NCBI GenBank assembly: GCA_913055675.1
Contig: CAJXKY010000004.1
Coordinates: 7,178 to 71,177, forward strand
Reading direction: 5' to 3'
Length of the DNA stretch: 64,000 nucleotides
DNA from: an uncultured Halanaerobiales bacterium
Lineage (GTDB): Bacteria; Bacillota; Halanaerobiia; Halanaerobiales; M55B127
Position numbers and translations under genes: made by a program. Position 1 is the stretch's first letter; each line of letters starts with the position of its first letter. A model generated the notes under the pieces. It was given only the letters and a program-made list of their open reading frames with translations. It was not told the origin of the DNA and did no database searches. Positions 37,995 to 46,710 of this stretch are shown piece after piece.

Positions 37995-39449
37995 ATGGCC
38001 GGAAATACAGTATCGGAAATAGTAAAAATAAAAAGAAAAATATATATAGAACTTGCTAAACAGGTATTAAATAATGAAATTGAAAACAAGATTTCTAAAA
38101 TACCTTTTAAGATTGCGAAAGAGGATGGTGAAAGGTATAGGTGTTGTGTCCATAAAGAAAGAGCTATTATTGAAGAGAGAATAAAACTTGTATTAGGATT
38201 TGATCCTAAATTACATAAAAATGAAAAACCTGTAGACCTTTTAAAAAAACGGGGTCAGGAAGATTGTTGTGATAATATAGTAAATGTAATTGAACTAGCT
38301 TGTGATAGTTGTCCAATAGATAAATATACAGTTACGGATTCCTGTCGGAATTGCGTTGCTCATAAATGTGTAAATACGTGCCCAGTTGATGCCATAGTTA
38401 CAATTCAAAACAAAGCATTTATTGATCAGAAAAAGTGTATTGAGTGTGGTAAATGTCGAGAGGTTTGTCCTTATGGGGCAATCCATGAGAACATAAGACC
38501 TTGTGTAAGGGCCTGTAGTGTTGATGCTTTGACTTCAAACAGTGAGCGCAAGGCTAAGATCGATTACGAAAAATGCGTGGACTGTGGTAGCTGTATTAGA
38601 GCCTGTCCTTTTGGAGCGATTAGTGATAGTACAGAAATAGTTAATGTATGTAGAACGATCCAAAAAGGTAAACGAAATATTACAGCTTTACTTGCTCCAT
38701 CTTTTGTTGGACAGTTCGGAGCAAAAGTGAAGCCAGAAATACTAAAAAGTGCTTTAAAAGAAATTGGTTTTGATGAAGTCATTGAAGTAGGTCTTGGAGC
38801 AGATTTAGTTGCGGTGGAAGAAAGCCAAGAATTAAAAGAAAAAATAATGGAAGATGATTTTTTACTTAGTTCCTGTTGTCCATCTTTTAAGAAAACAGTT
38901 CAAAAACATTTTGAGGAGTTAAAACCAAAAATTTCTAAAACAGTTTCTCCTATGGTAAAAATAGCAGAGAAAGTTAAAGAAGATACGGGGAATAAAACGG
39001 TATTTATCGGCCCTTGTATTTCAAAAAAGGCTGAATCTTGTAAATATGATTCCGTTGATCATGTTCTTACTTTTGAAGAATTGATGTGTATAATGGTAGC
39101 AGCAGAGATGAATCTAGCTTCTTATGAGAAAAAAGAAGGTATAAAAGATTCTTCTAGCCATGGGCGTCAATTTGCATTTAGTGGTGGACTTTCAAAAGTA
39201 ATGGAGGACCTTACAGAAAAGGAAATAAAGACAGTAAAGGGAAACGGATTGGATGAATGTCAGAAACTATTAAATGAAATAATGACAGGAGAAACAGAGA
39301 TAGACTTTATGGAAGGTATGGCCTGTCAGGGAGGTTGTGCCGGCGGTCCTGCAAATTTAAACAAATCTAAAGTTACAAAAAAACTGGTTGAACTCTTTTC
39401 TAACCAGGCTGAATATAAAAGAGCTGATCAAAATGAATACACAGCTTAA
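37995..39449 (+). CDS. [FeFe] hydrogenase-like protein with multiple N-terminal 4Fe-4S domains (group B-like)
   Basis: 484 aa, RBS AAAGGAGG. Ferredoxin motifs CRNCVAHKCVNTCP, CIECGKCREVCP and CVDCGSCIRACP. H-cluster motifs SSCCPSF, GPCISKKAE and MEGMACQGGCAGGPAN. Confidence 0.8.
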   Translation: MAGNTVSEIVKIKRKIYIELAKQVLNNEIENKISKIPFKIAKEDGERYRCCVHKERAIIEERIKLVLGFDPKLHKNEKPVDLLKKRGQEDCCDNIVNVIELACDSCPIDKYTVTDSCRNCVAHKCVNTCPVDAIVTIQNKAFIDQKKCIECGKCREVCPYGAIHENIRPCVRACSVDALTSNSERKAKIDYEKCVDCGSCIRACPFGAISDSTEIVNVCRTIQKGKRNITALLAPSFVGQFGAKVKPEILKSALKEIGFDEVIEVGLGADLVAVEESQELKEKIMEDDFLLSSCCPSFKKTVQKHFEELKPKISKTVSPMVKIAEKVKEDTGNKTVFIGPCISKKAESCKYDSVDHVLTFEELMCIMVAAEMNLASYEKKEGIKDSSSHGRQFAFSGGLSKVMEDLTEKEIKTVKGNGLDECQKLLNEIMTGETEIDFMEGMACQGGCAGGPANLNKSKVTKKLVELFSNQAEYKRADQNEYTA

Positions 39450-39747
39450 ACCCGTTAGTAAAATTGGCAAAATCATCTTTGTCTCAAATCGTTCTCTAAA
39501 TATATTAATATATTATAATGATGAAAATAAATTAAGCGAAATTTATAATAAACTAAACGATTTAGATCTAGAACAATTAAAATATGATAAGATAATGAAT
39601 ATTATAGATCAAAATTCCAATAAAAAAGTTTTACTTAATCAAAGTGACATAGAAATTATCAATCAGAATTCTGATGATGAGATAAATTTCTTTTCTCATG
39701 ATGTTAATAATGAAAATATGTATAAGTATATTTTTGCTTCTAATTAG
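39433..39747 (+). CDS. Hypothetical Asn/Asp/Ile-rich protein (uncertain gene)
   Basis: ATG at 39433 overlaps the hydrogenase stop by 17 nt. Weak RBS and no recognisable motif. Kept only because the frame stays open for 104 codons in AT-rich DNA. Confidence 0.3.
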   Translation: MNTQLKPVSKIGKIIFVSNRSLNILIYYNDENKLSEIYNKLNDLDLEQLKYDKIMNIIDQNSNKKVLLNQSDIEIINQNSDDEINFFSHDVNNENMYKYIFASN

Positions 39748-39902
39748 ATTGTTTAAAATTTAGGTAGGAGCCAGGAATTATTGGATTAAAAGTAGAATAG
39801 ATTCCTCATATCCCAACCAAAGGAGTGAGGTTTCTATGGAAGATATTATAACCAAAAATACAAAAGATATCAATAGTTTTTAAAAAGCTTCTTTAATACT
39901 TT

Positions 39903-39931
39903 TTGACAATTAACAAAAGTATATATATAAT
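39903..39931 (+). promoter_or_regulatory. Consensus sigma-A promoter for the ferredoxin gene
   Basis: TTGACA (39903-39908), exactly 17-nt spacer, TATAAT (39926-39931). Confidence 0.65.
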
Positions 39932-39982
39932 AATTTTAAAAGTAATAAACTAAATGATTTTTATACATATTCAAGGAGGTGA

Positions 39983-40162
<180 letters not shown>

Positions 40163-40185
40163 AAAACATAATTTTTATAATATAC

Positions 40186-40216
40186 AACCGGAGCGCATTT
40201 ATGTAGCTCCGGTTTT
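40186..40216 (+). terminator. Rho-independent terminator after the ferredoxin gene
   Basis: ACCGGAGC ... GCTCCGGT followed by TTTTAATT. Confidence 0.7.
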
Positions 40217-40362
40217 AATTATACCATCAAATTAATTATAATTTAATTAATTAAAATTTGATTTAATTCCATTAAATAATGAAGCAGGATTTAATTAATG
40301 TATAGAGAATAAATATATGTAATAGAGGTTAGTTATTTCTATAATCACTAAGGAGTTGATAT

Positions 40363-41595
40363 ATGTTGAGTTCAATTAAAGAAGTAGACCCTGAAATTGC
40401 AGAATTCATCGAAAAAGAGGAAGAAAGACAGGCCAAACATATTGAATTAATTGCATCTGAAAATTTTGTCAGCGAAGCAGTATTGGAGGCAGCCGGTTCG
40501 GTTTTAACCAACAAATATGCCGAAGGTTATCCTCATAAAAGATATTATGGTGGCTGTGAAGAAGTAGATAAGGTTGAAGACTTAGCTATTGAGAGGGCTA
40601 AAGAAATTTTTGGTGCCGAACATGCCAATGTTCAACCTCACTCTGGTTCTCAAGCTAATCAAGCAGTATATTTTGCCAAAGTACCTTTAGGTGATACTAT
40701 ATTAGCAATGGATTTAACTCATGGTGGACATCTTACTCATGGTAATCCAGTAAATATGTCAGGTAAATACTTTGACTTTGTCCATTATGGTGTGACAAAA
40801 AAGGAAGAAATAATCGATTATGATCAGGTAGAAAAACTCGCTAAAAAATATGAACCGACCTTAATTGTTGCTGGAGCTAGTGCTTATCCAAGAGTAATTA
40901 ATTTCAAAAGATTTAAACAGATTGCAGACCAAGTTGGTGCTTACTTAATGGTTGATATGGCTCATATCGCTGGTTTAGTTGCAGCAGGCTATCATCCTAA
41001 TCCAGTAGAATATGCTGATTTCGTGACCACTACGACCCATAAAACACTTAGAGGTACCAGGGGTGGAATGATTTTATGTAAAGAAGAATATGCTAAAGAT
41101 ATTGATAAAGCAATTTTCCCAGGTATTCAAGGTGGACCTTTAATGCATATTATTGCTGCTAAGGCAGTTGGATTTAAAGAGGTTATGACAGAAGACTTTA
41201 ATGAATATCAAAAACAAATCATAGATAATGCACAGGCCCTGGCAAAGAAATTGAAAAGTTTTGGTTTAAGACTAGTTTCCGGTGGTACAGATAACCATCT
41301 AATGTTAGTAGATTTAAATAACACTGATATTACGGGGAAAGAAGCTGAAAAAGTATTAAATAGTGTAGGAATTACCGTTAATAAGAATACAATCCCATTT
41401 GAAACTAGAAGTCCATTTGTTACCAGTGGAATTAGAATTGGAACCCCTGCGGTTACTACCCGTGGAATGAAGGAAAAAGAAATGGAATTAATTGGTGAAT
41501 ATATCTTTGAAGGTCTTAAAAATATAGATAATGAAAAAGCTTTAAGTGAACTACAAGAAAAGGTATATAAATTATCAGCTAAATTTTCTGGCTAA
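40363..41595 (+). CDS. glyA: Serine hydroxymethyltransferase
   Basis: 410 aa, [30 protein letters not shown] and PLP-lysine motif [14 protein letters not shown]. Confidence 0.95.
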   Translation: MLSSIKEVDPEIAEFIEKEEERQAKHIELIASENFVSEAVLEAAGSVLTNKYAEGYPHKRYYGGCEEVDKVEDLAIERAKEIFGAEHANVQPHSGSQANQAVYFAKVPLGDTILAMDLTHGGHLTHGNPVNMSGKYFDFVHYGVTKKEEIIDYDQVEKLAKKYEPTLIVAGASAYPRVINFKRFKQIADQVGAYLMVDMAHIAGLVAAGYHPNPVEYADFVTTTTHKTLRGTRGGMILCKEEYAKDIDKAIFPGIQGGPLMHIIAAKAVGFKEVMTEDFNEYQKQIIDNAQALAKKLKSFGLRLVSGGTDNHLMLVDLNNTDITGKEAEKVLNSVGITVNKNTIPFETRSPFVTSGIRIGTPAVTTRGMKEKEMELIGEYIFEGLKNIDNEKALSELQEKVYKLSAKFSG

Positions 41596-41647
41596 ATTGT
41601 TGAAAATCAAATGAGAATCAATTAAAATTATAATAGAATCTTTACGA

Positions 41648-41671
41648 TATTGAGGGGGATCCCCCTCAATA
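41648..41671. repeat. 24-nt perfect GC-cored palindrome downstream of glyA
   Basis: TATTGAGGGGGATCCCCCTCAATA, centred on GATC. As RNA it gives a 10-bp stem with a 4-nt loop. No U-tract follows on either strand. Confidence 0.6.
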
Positions 41672-41708
41672 CGTATATATAACTTTAAAAGAACAGGAGA
41701 AGTATACT

Positions 41709-42506
41709 TTGTATAAATTAGTTGTGATTGATTTAGATAATACACTTTTAAATAATGAGCACAAAATTAGTGAAAAGAATAAGGAAATTGTTCAAAAAGT
41801 TAGATCTAAAGGTTTGGAAGTTATTATAGCAACTGGTCGTATGTATATATCAGCTAAACCTTTTTTAAAAGATCTATCACTTGAAAACTCCGCAATAGTT
41901 TATAATGGAGCGATGGTTAAAGATGTAGAAACTGATAAAACGATTTATCATAAGCCAATTAATAAAAAATATGCAAAAGAAATTATAAAAGATGTCAAAG
42001 AAGAAGGACTACATATAAACTTATATCAAGATGATAAGCTTTATGTTGATAAGGATAATAAATATACAAAAAGATATGAAGAAATATCTGGTATAAAAGC
42101 TGAAAAAGTAGATGATTTGTCAGAACTAAAATTAGTCGCTCCCACCAAATTGCTTATTATTGAAGATAATCCCGAACTTCACTCCTATTACCAAAAGTAT
42201 TTAGATGATAAATATGGAGATGTCATAACTGTAACCGAATCCAAAAAGTATTTTATTGAAATTGGTTCTAAGGGTGTAAATAAGGGTAAGACCCTCCAAA
42301 AGTTAATTAAAGGAAAAGACATAAATAGAAATGAAATTATTGCAATTGGCGATAGTTATAACGATATTGAAATGCTTTCATATGCAGGAACTGGAATAGC
42401 GATGGAAAATGCTCCAGAAGAAATAAAAAAGAAAGCAGACCTGGTAGCTCCCCATAATGAGGAAGATGGAGTAGCTTTGATACTTGACAAGATAATAATG
42501 AATTGA
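41709..42506 (+). CDS. Cof-type HAD-IIB family hydrolase
   Basis: 265 aa, TTG start with AGGAGA RBS. VIDLDNTLL, ATGRMY and GDSYNDIEML are HAD motifs I-IV. Confidence 0.85.
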   Translation: MYKLVVIDLDNTLLNNEHKISEKNKEIVQKVRSKGLEVIIATGRMYISAKPFLKDLSLENSAIVYNGAMVKDVETDKTIYHKPINKKYAKEIIKDVKEEGLHINLYQDDKLYVDKDNKYTKRYEEISGIKAEKVDDLSELKLVAPTKLLIIEDNPELHSYYQKYLDDKYGDVITVTESKKYFIEIGSKGVNKGKTLQKLIKGKDINRNEIIAIGDSYNDIEMLSYAGTGIAMENAPEEIKKKADLVAPHNEEDGVALILDKIIMN

Positions 42507-42565
42507 AATTCAATTAAAAAAATGATATAATTTATAATAGAAAGATATAGAACTGACTAGTCAGT
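42503..42565 (+). promoter_or_regulatory. Promoter plus 14-nt perfect palindrome upstream of the radical SAM/SPASM-like gene
   Basis: TTGAAA (42503-42508), 17-nt spacer, TGaTATAAT (-10 hexamer at 42526-42531). ACTGACTAGTCAGT (42552-42565) lies in the leader before the RBS. Confidence 0.4.
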
Positions 42566-42597
42566 ATCATAAATATATTTTTTTAGGAGGGATTAAA

Positions 42598-43953
42598 ATG
42601 AGTAATTTTAATTTCGCAAAAAAATTTGCTGCAGACAAAATGGTGGAGAAAGCCTTAGGCTATGTTAAAAAAGATCCGGAAAATAATTTTCTTAAAATTC
42701 TAAATCTTGCTGACAAATTAGCCAGTCGAGATAAAAACCATAGACAAATAGAAGTTATTAGAGAAAACTACAAAGAAAATTCAGTAATTGAGGACTATTT
42801 AAAAAAATTAGATGATATAGATCCTAATTATATAGAAGGACTTTTAATGAATTTCTTTGTTAATTCAGCCCTATTAGGTTTACCCTATCAACAAAAAATG
42901 TCAGAAAAATTAGGTTTTGGTATTCCATGGGCAATCCTTATGGATCCTACCAGTGCTTGTAATCTTAATTGTAAAGGGTGTTGGGCAGGGAAATATGATA
43001 AGAGTGACACTCTTGGATTTGAGACAATGGATCGTATAATTAATGAAGCAAAAGAATTGGGTATTTATTTCATTATATTTTCCGGAGGAGAACCAACTGT
43101 ATATCCTCGCTTATTAGAACTTGTTGAAAAACATCCTGATGTTGGTTTTATGATGTATACTAATGGAACTTTAATTGATGATGAAATGGCTGATAAGATG
43201 GTTGAATTAGGAAATATTACGCCCGCTATTAGCTTAGAAGGTTTCAAAGAGCAGACTGATCAGCGTAGAGGCGAAGGTGTTTTTGATAAAATTATGGAAA
43301 CAATGGATCGCCTACGTGAACGCGGAATAATATTTGGAACAAGTTTAACCGCAACCAGAGAAAATGTATATGATCTTTTTGAAACAGATGAGTTTTACGA
43401 CATGTTAATTGAAAAAGGAGCTGCTTATAGTTGGATTTTTCACTATATGCCGATCGGTAAAGACCCTAATTTAGATATGATGTTAACTCCTGAACAAAGG
43501 GCATTTATGGCGGAAAGAGTTAATGAACTTAGATCAAATAAACCACTCTTTTCTATAGATTTTTGGAATGATGGAACTTATAGTGGAGGTTGTATTGCTG
43601 GTGGCAGAAGGTATTTCCATATAAATGCAACTGGTGATGTAGAACCCTGTGCTTTCGTCCACTTTTCAACAGATAACATAAAAGATATTTCATTAAAAGA
43701 GGCCTTAAATAATCCATTATTTAAAGAATATCAAAAGAGACAACCTTTTAATGATAATTCATTAAGACCTTGTCCCATAATTGATAATAATCCTGCTTTA
43801 CGAGAAATGGTCAAAGAATCAGGAGCAGAACCTACACATGAAGGCGCAGAAGATGTAGTATCAGAAGAAGTTGGAAAAGCTCTTGAAGAATTAGCAGAAC
43901 GTTGGGAAGAAAAATCCCGACCGATTCATGAAAAAAGGGTTAGTGATGATTAG
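42598..43953 (+). CDS. Radical SAM protein with SPASM/twitch-like C-terminal domain and N-terminal extension of about 110 aa
   Basis: 451 aa, RBS AGGAGGG. CNLNCKGCWAG (CX3CX2C), FSGGEPT, and auxiliary-cluster region GGCIAGGRRYFHINATGDVEPCAF ... RPCP. Confidence 0.8.
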   Translation: MSNFNFAKKFAADKMVEKALGYVKKDPENNFLKILNLADKLASRDKNHRQIEVIRENYKENSVIEDYLKKLDDIDPNYIEGLLMNFFVNSALLGLPYQQKMSEKLGFGIPWAILMDPTSACNLNCKGCWAGKYDKSDTLGFETMDRIINEAKELGIYFIIFSGGEPTVYPRLLELVEKHPDVGFMMYTNGTLIDDEMADKMVELGNITPAISLEGFKEQTDQRRGEGVFDKIMETMDRLRERGIIFGTSLTATRENVYDLFETDEFYDMLIEKGAAYSWIFHYMPIGKDPNLDMMLTPEQRAFMAERVNELRSNKPLFSIDFWNDGTYSGGCIAGGRRYFHINATGDVEPCAFVHFSTDNIKDISLKEALNNPLFKEYQKRQPFNDNSLRPCPIIDNNPALREMVKESGAEPTHEGAEDVVSEEVGKALEELAERWEEKSRPIHEKRVSDD

Positions 43954-43980
43954 GTAAAAATGTAATAACCTAGACTTTTT

Positions 43981-44009
43981 AAGCCCCATTAATGGGGCTT
44001 TTCCTTTTC
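43981..44009 (+). terminator. Rho-independent terminator
   Basis: AAGCCCCA-TTAA-TGGGGCTT followed by TTCCTTTTC. Confidence 0.75.
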
Positions 44010-44075
44010 TTTACATTAAAATTTATTAGTGATATAATAAATTTGAATTTTTAACGATTATAAGGGGGCATTATA

Positions 44076-44774
44076 GTGAAAATTTGGCAAGTTCTCAAGG
44101 ATTCAACAACTCAAACATATAATAAATTATTTAAGTTTGCTATTCTTAATATCATTTGGTTTATGCTCTCGACTTTTGTAGTTTTCATTGGATATTCTAG
44201 CCTGCTAAATGGTTTTTATCCTTTATTGATTGTTCCCCTTGTATTTTTGGGTCCCTTTTTTATGGCAGGACTTATGGTCGGTATAGATTATATAAATTAT
44301 GATGATTTTTCTATAAAGAGCTACTTTATTTATATTAAAGATAATTTCAAGAGGGGCCTTTTAGGTTTTCTCTTTAATTTTTTTATATATGTATTATTAA
44401 TACTTGATTTAATCTTCTTTTTGAGAAAAGGTGCTGACAGTTTAATTATGTTAATTTTAGCTGTTTTAGTACTTTATATAATTCTCTTTTTCTCCATGAT
44501 GCAGTGCTTTTTCTGGGGTTTTTTAGCAATAGATAAGCAAAAAAGAATAAGATATATTATCAAGAATTCCTTTTTAGTAGTTATTGATAATATTGTTTTT
44601 TCCCTGCTTTGGTTTTTAGTTGTGTTTATATTATCGGCTATATTAATAATTACAGGGTTTGGATTAGCTGTCTTACTAATGAATTTCCTCGTATTAATGA
44701 TCTTGAATGGAACCATTAGTATTGCCTCAGAGTATGATAAATTGCAGATAGAGGAGCTGAATACTGATGAGTAA
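44076..44774 (+). CDS. DUF624 (YesL-like) integral membrane protein
   Basis: 232 aa, GTG start after AAGGGGG. N-terminal pattern ...YNKLFKFAILNIIWFMLS followed by 5-6 TM helices. Confidence 0.65.
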   Translation: MKIWQVLKDSTTQTYNKLFKFAILNIIWFMLSTFVVFIGYSSLLNGFYPLLIVPLVFLGPFFMAGLMVGIDYINYDDFSIKSYFIYIKDNFKRGLLGFLFNFFIYVLLILDLIFFLRKGADSLIMLILAVLVLYIILFFSMMQCFFWGFLAIDKQKRIRYIIKNSFLVVIDNIVFSLLWFLVVFILSAILIITGFGLAVLLMNFLVLMILNGTISIASEYDKLQIEELNTDE

Positions 44775-45738
44775 AGGCTATTATATTGGAATTGACGTAG
44801 GGGGCACAAAAGTTTTAACCGCTCTTGCCGATGAAAAAGGTTTGATTTTAAAAAAAGCTCAAGAACCTACAGAAGCAGATAAAGGAGAAGAGGCAATAAT
44901 TTCTAATATTAAAAAAAGTATTGACCGTGTGATTAATAACAGTCCTATTACTAAAAAAGAAGTAAAAAGAATTGGGATCGGAAGTCCTGGTCCTTTAGAT
45001 CTTGAAAAAGGTTTGATTATCGAGAATTCAAATCTTTCCTGGACAAATGTGCCGATAGTAGAAATACTGGAAGAAATGACGGGAATACCAGTTATTCTAG
45101 AAAATGATGCAAATGCTGCTGCCTTAGGTGAAAAACATTTTGGGGCAGGCCGGGAAGCTGATAATATAGTTTACATTACAATTAGTACCGGGATCGGTGG
45201 AGGTATTATAATTAATAAGAAAATATACCATGGTGGAAAAGGTAATGCTGGTGAAGTGGGGCATATGACCTTAATTCCAGATAGTAATTATCAATGTGGC
45301 TGTGGTAATTATGGTTGTTTTGAAGCTGTAGCTTCTGGAACTGCTATTGCCCGACGGGGGCGAGAAGTCTTGAATAAAGAGAGGGAGAGTCTAATTAAAG
45401 ATTACAGTAATAATGAACCTGATAACATAGATGCACCTTTGATTGCTTCAGCTGCAAGAGCAGGTGATGAGCAGGCTATTGAAATATTCAAACTTACAGG
45501 ACGCTTGCTAGGAATTGGAATTTCAAATGTGGTTAATCTTTTTGATCCAGAGATAATAGTATTAGGGGGCGGAGTTATGAATGCTAAAGGCTTATTCATA
45601 ACTGAATTGAAAGCTTCTTTACAGAAAAGAGCATTAGAAGCCAATCTCCAAGATCTAAAAGTAAAGGAAGTAGGATTAGGTAAAAACACAGGAGTAATGG
45701 GAGCAATTGCAGTAGCAATAGGGGAAAGTCTTTATTAA
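44767..45738 (+). CDS. glcK: ROK family glucokinase
   Basis: 323 aa, overlaps the upstream stop by 8 nt. IGIDVGGTKV, ENDANAAALGE and zinc motif GHMTL...CGCGNYGCFE. Confidence 0.85.
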   Translation: MSKGYYIGIDVGGTKVLTALADEKGLILKKAQEPTEADKGEEAIISNIKKSIDRVINNSPITKKEVKRIGIGSPGPLDLEKGLIIENSNLSWTNVPIVEILEEMTGIPVILENDANAAALGEKHFGAGREADNIVYITISTGIGGGIIINKKIYHGGKGNAGEVGHMTLIPDSNYQCGCGNYGCFEAVASGTAIARRGREVLNKERESLIKDYSNNEPDNIDAPLIASAARAGDEQAIEIFKLTGRLLGIGISNVVNLFDPEIIVLGGGVMNAKGLFITELKASLQKRALEANLQDLKVKEVGLGKNTGVMGAIAVAIGESLY

Positions 45739-45762
45739 ATTGTAATGATTGGGGGACTAATG

Positions 45763-46710
45763 ATGAAAGTGGATCATAAGTACATAGTGGGGATTTCTAT
45801 TTTAATATTTCTTACATCGTTTAATATGGCTATTCAAGCAGAAGATGATGTATTATTTAGTAGAATAGACCCCGCTGGTGATGATTATGGTCCAGGCAAT
45901 TATAAATATCCCCAGCATCAAGTTTTTCAAAAAGGTGAAGGTCTATTTGATATAACAGGATTTAAAATCATTGAATTAGAAGAAACATATGAATTTCAGT
46001 TTGAATTCACCAAACTTGTAGAGGTTTGGAATTCTCGTTATGGATTTAGCTTACCTTTAATAGAAATATATATAGACAATGAAAAAAATGGCTCTACCGA
46101 ATTATTTGAAAACGGTGCTCGGGTAAGATTAAATTCCGAATATCCCTGGAATAAATTATTAAAAATCAATGGTTGGTGGATAAGTTTATATACTCCCGAT
46201 GATAGAGGTAAAAACGTTGTTGATTTTTCAGTTACTGGGGATGATGTTCCATGGGTTTTAAAGAACCCAAAAATTAGTGTAGAAAAAAACCAGATTAAAT
46301 TGCAAATTAAAAAAGAAAAAATTGGTTCACTTAAAAATTCTTACTTATTCATATTAGTAGGTGGTTTTGATCCTTTCGGATATGGTCATTATCGTGGGGT
46401 AAGAGATGAAACTAATAGGTGGTTTTTTGCTGCCGAAGGAGAAGAAAATATTGAAAACGCTCCCCGAGTAATTGATCTTATTGTACCACCTGAGTATAAT
46501 CAAGTTGATATTTTAAGTGACTATGAAGAAAACTATCCACAGATAGAACCGGTATATACTGGAGAAAAGAACAAATTTATAGCAAACGGCTATTATATAT
46601 ATCTAATATTATTAATTTTATTAAGTGCTATCATTTATGTGTTTGAAAAAATAATTATAAGAAGGTCTGGTGTTAAGGAAGATGCTGAAGAAGAACAAGA
46701 AAGCGATTGA
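45763..46710 (+). CDS. Membrane-anchored protein with Glucodextran_C-like (glucodextranase C-terminal binding module) domain
   Basis: The ATGs at 45760/45763 follow GGGGGA (track start is 45745). Signal peptide/anchor, DPAGDDYGPGNYKYPQHQVFQKGEGLFDITGFKI (family recalled), C-terminal TM helix YYIYLILLILLSAIIYVF and an acidic tail. Confidence 0.6.
   Translation: MKVDHKYIVGISILIFLTSFNMAIQAEDDVLFSRIDPAGDDYGPGNYKYPQHQVFQKGEGLFDITGFKIIELEETYEFQFEFTKLVEVWNSRYGFSLPLIEIYIDNEKNGSTELFENGARVRLNSEYPWNKLLKINGWWISLYTPDDRGKNVVDFSVTGDDVPWVLKNPKISVEKNQIKLQIKKEKIGSLKNSYLFILVGGFDPFGYGHYRGVRDETNRWFFAAEGEENIENAPRVIDLIVPPEYNQVDILSDYEENYPQIEPVYTGEKNKFIANGYYIYLILLILLSAIIYVFEKIIIRRSGVKEDAEEEQESD

Noticed and set aside
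39836-39883. 15-codon mini-ORF (MEDIITKNTKDINSF) with an AGGAGTGAGG RBS upstream of the ferredoxin promoter.
   Set aside because: Too short to evaluate, with no leader-peptide logic (no codon run, no downstream attenuator). It lies upstream of the ferredoxin promoter rather than within its leader.
46451-46465. cre-like sequence TTGAAAACGCTCCCC (CcpA site consensus WTGNAANCGNWNNCW).
   Set aside because: It lies deep inside the coding sequence of the Glucodextran_C-like gene and mismatches the last consensus position. A single near-match is expected by chance.
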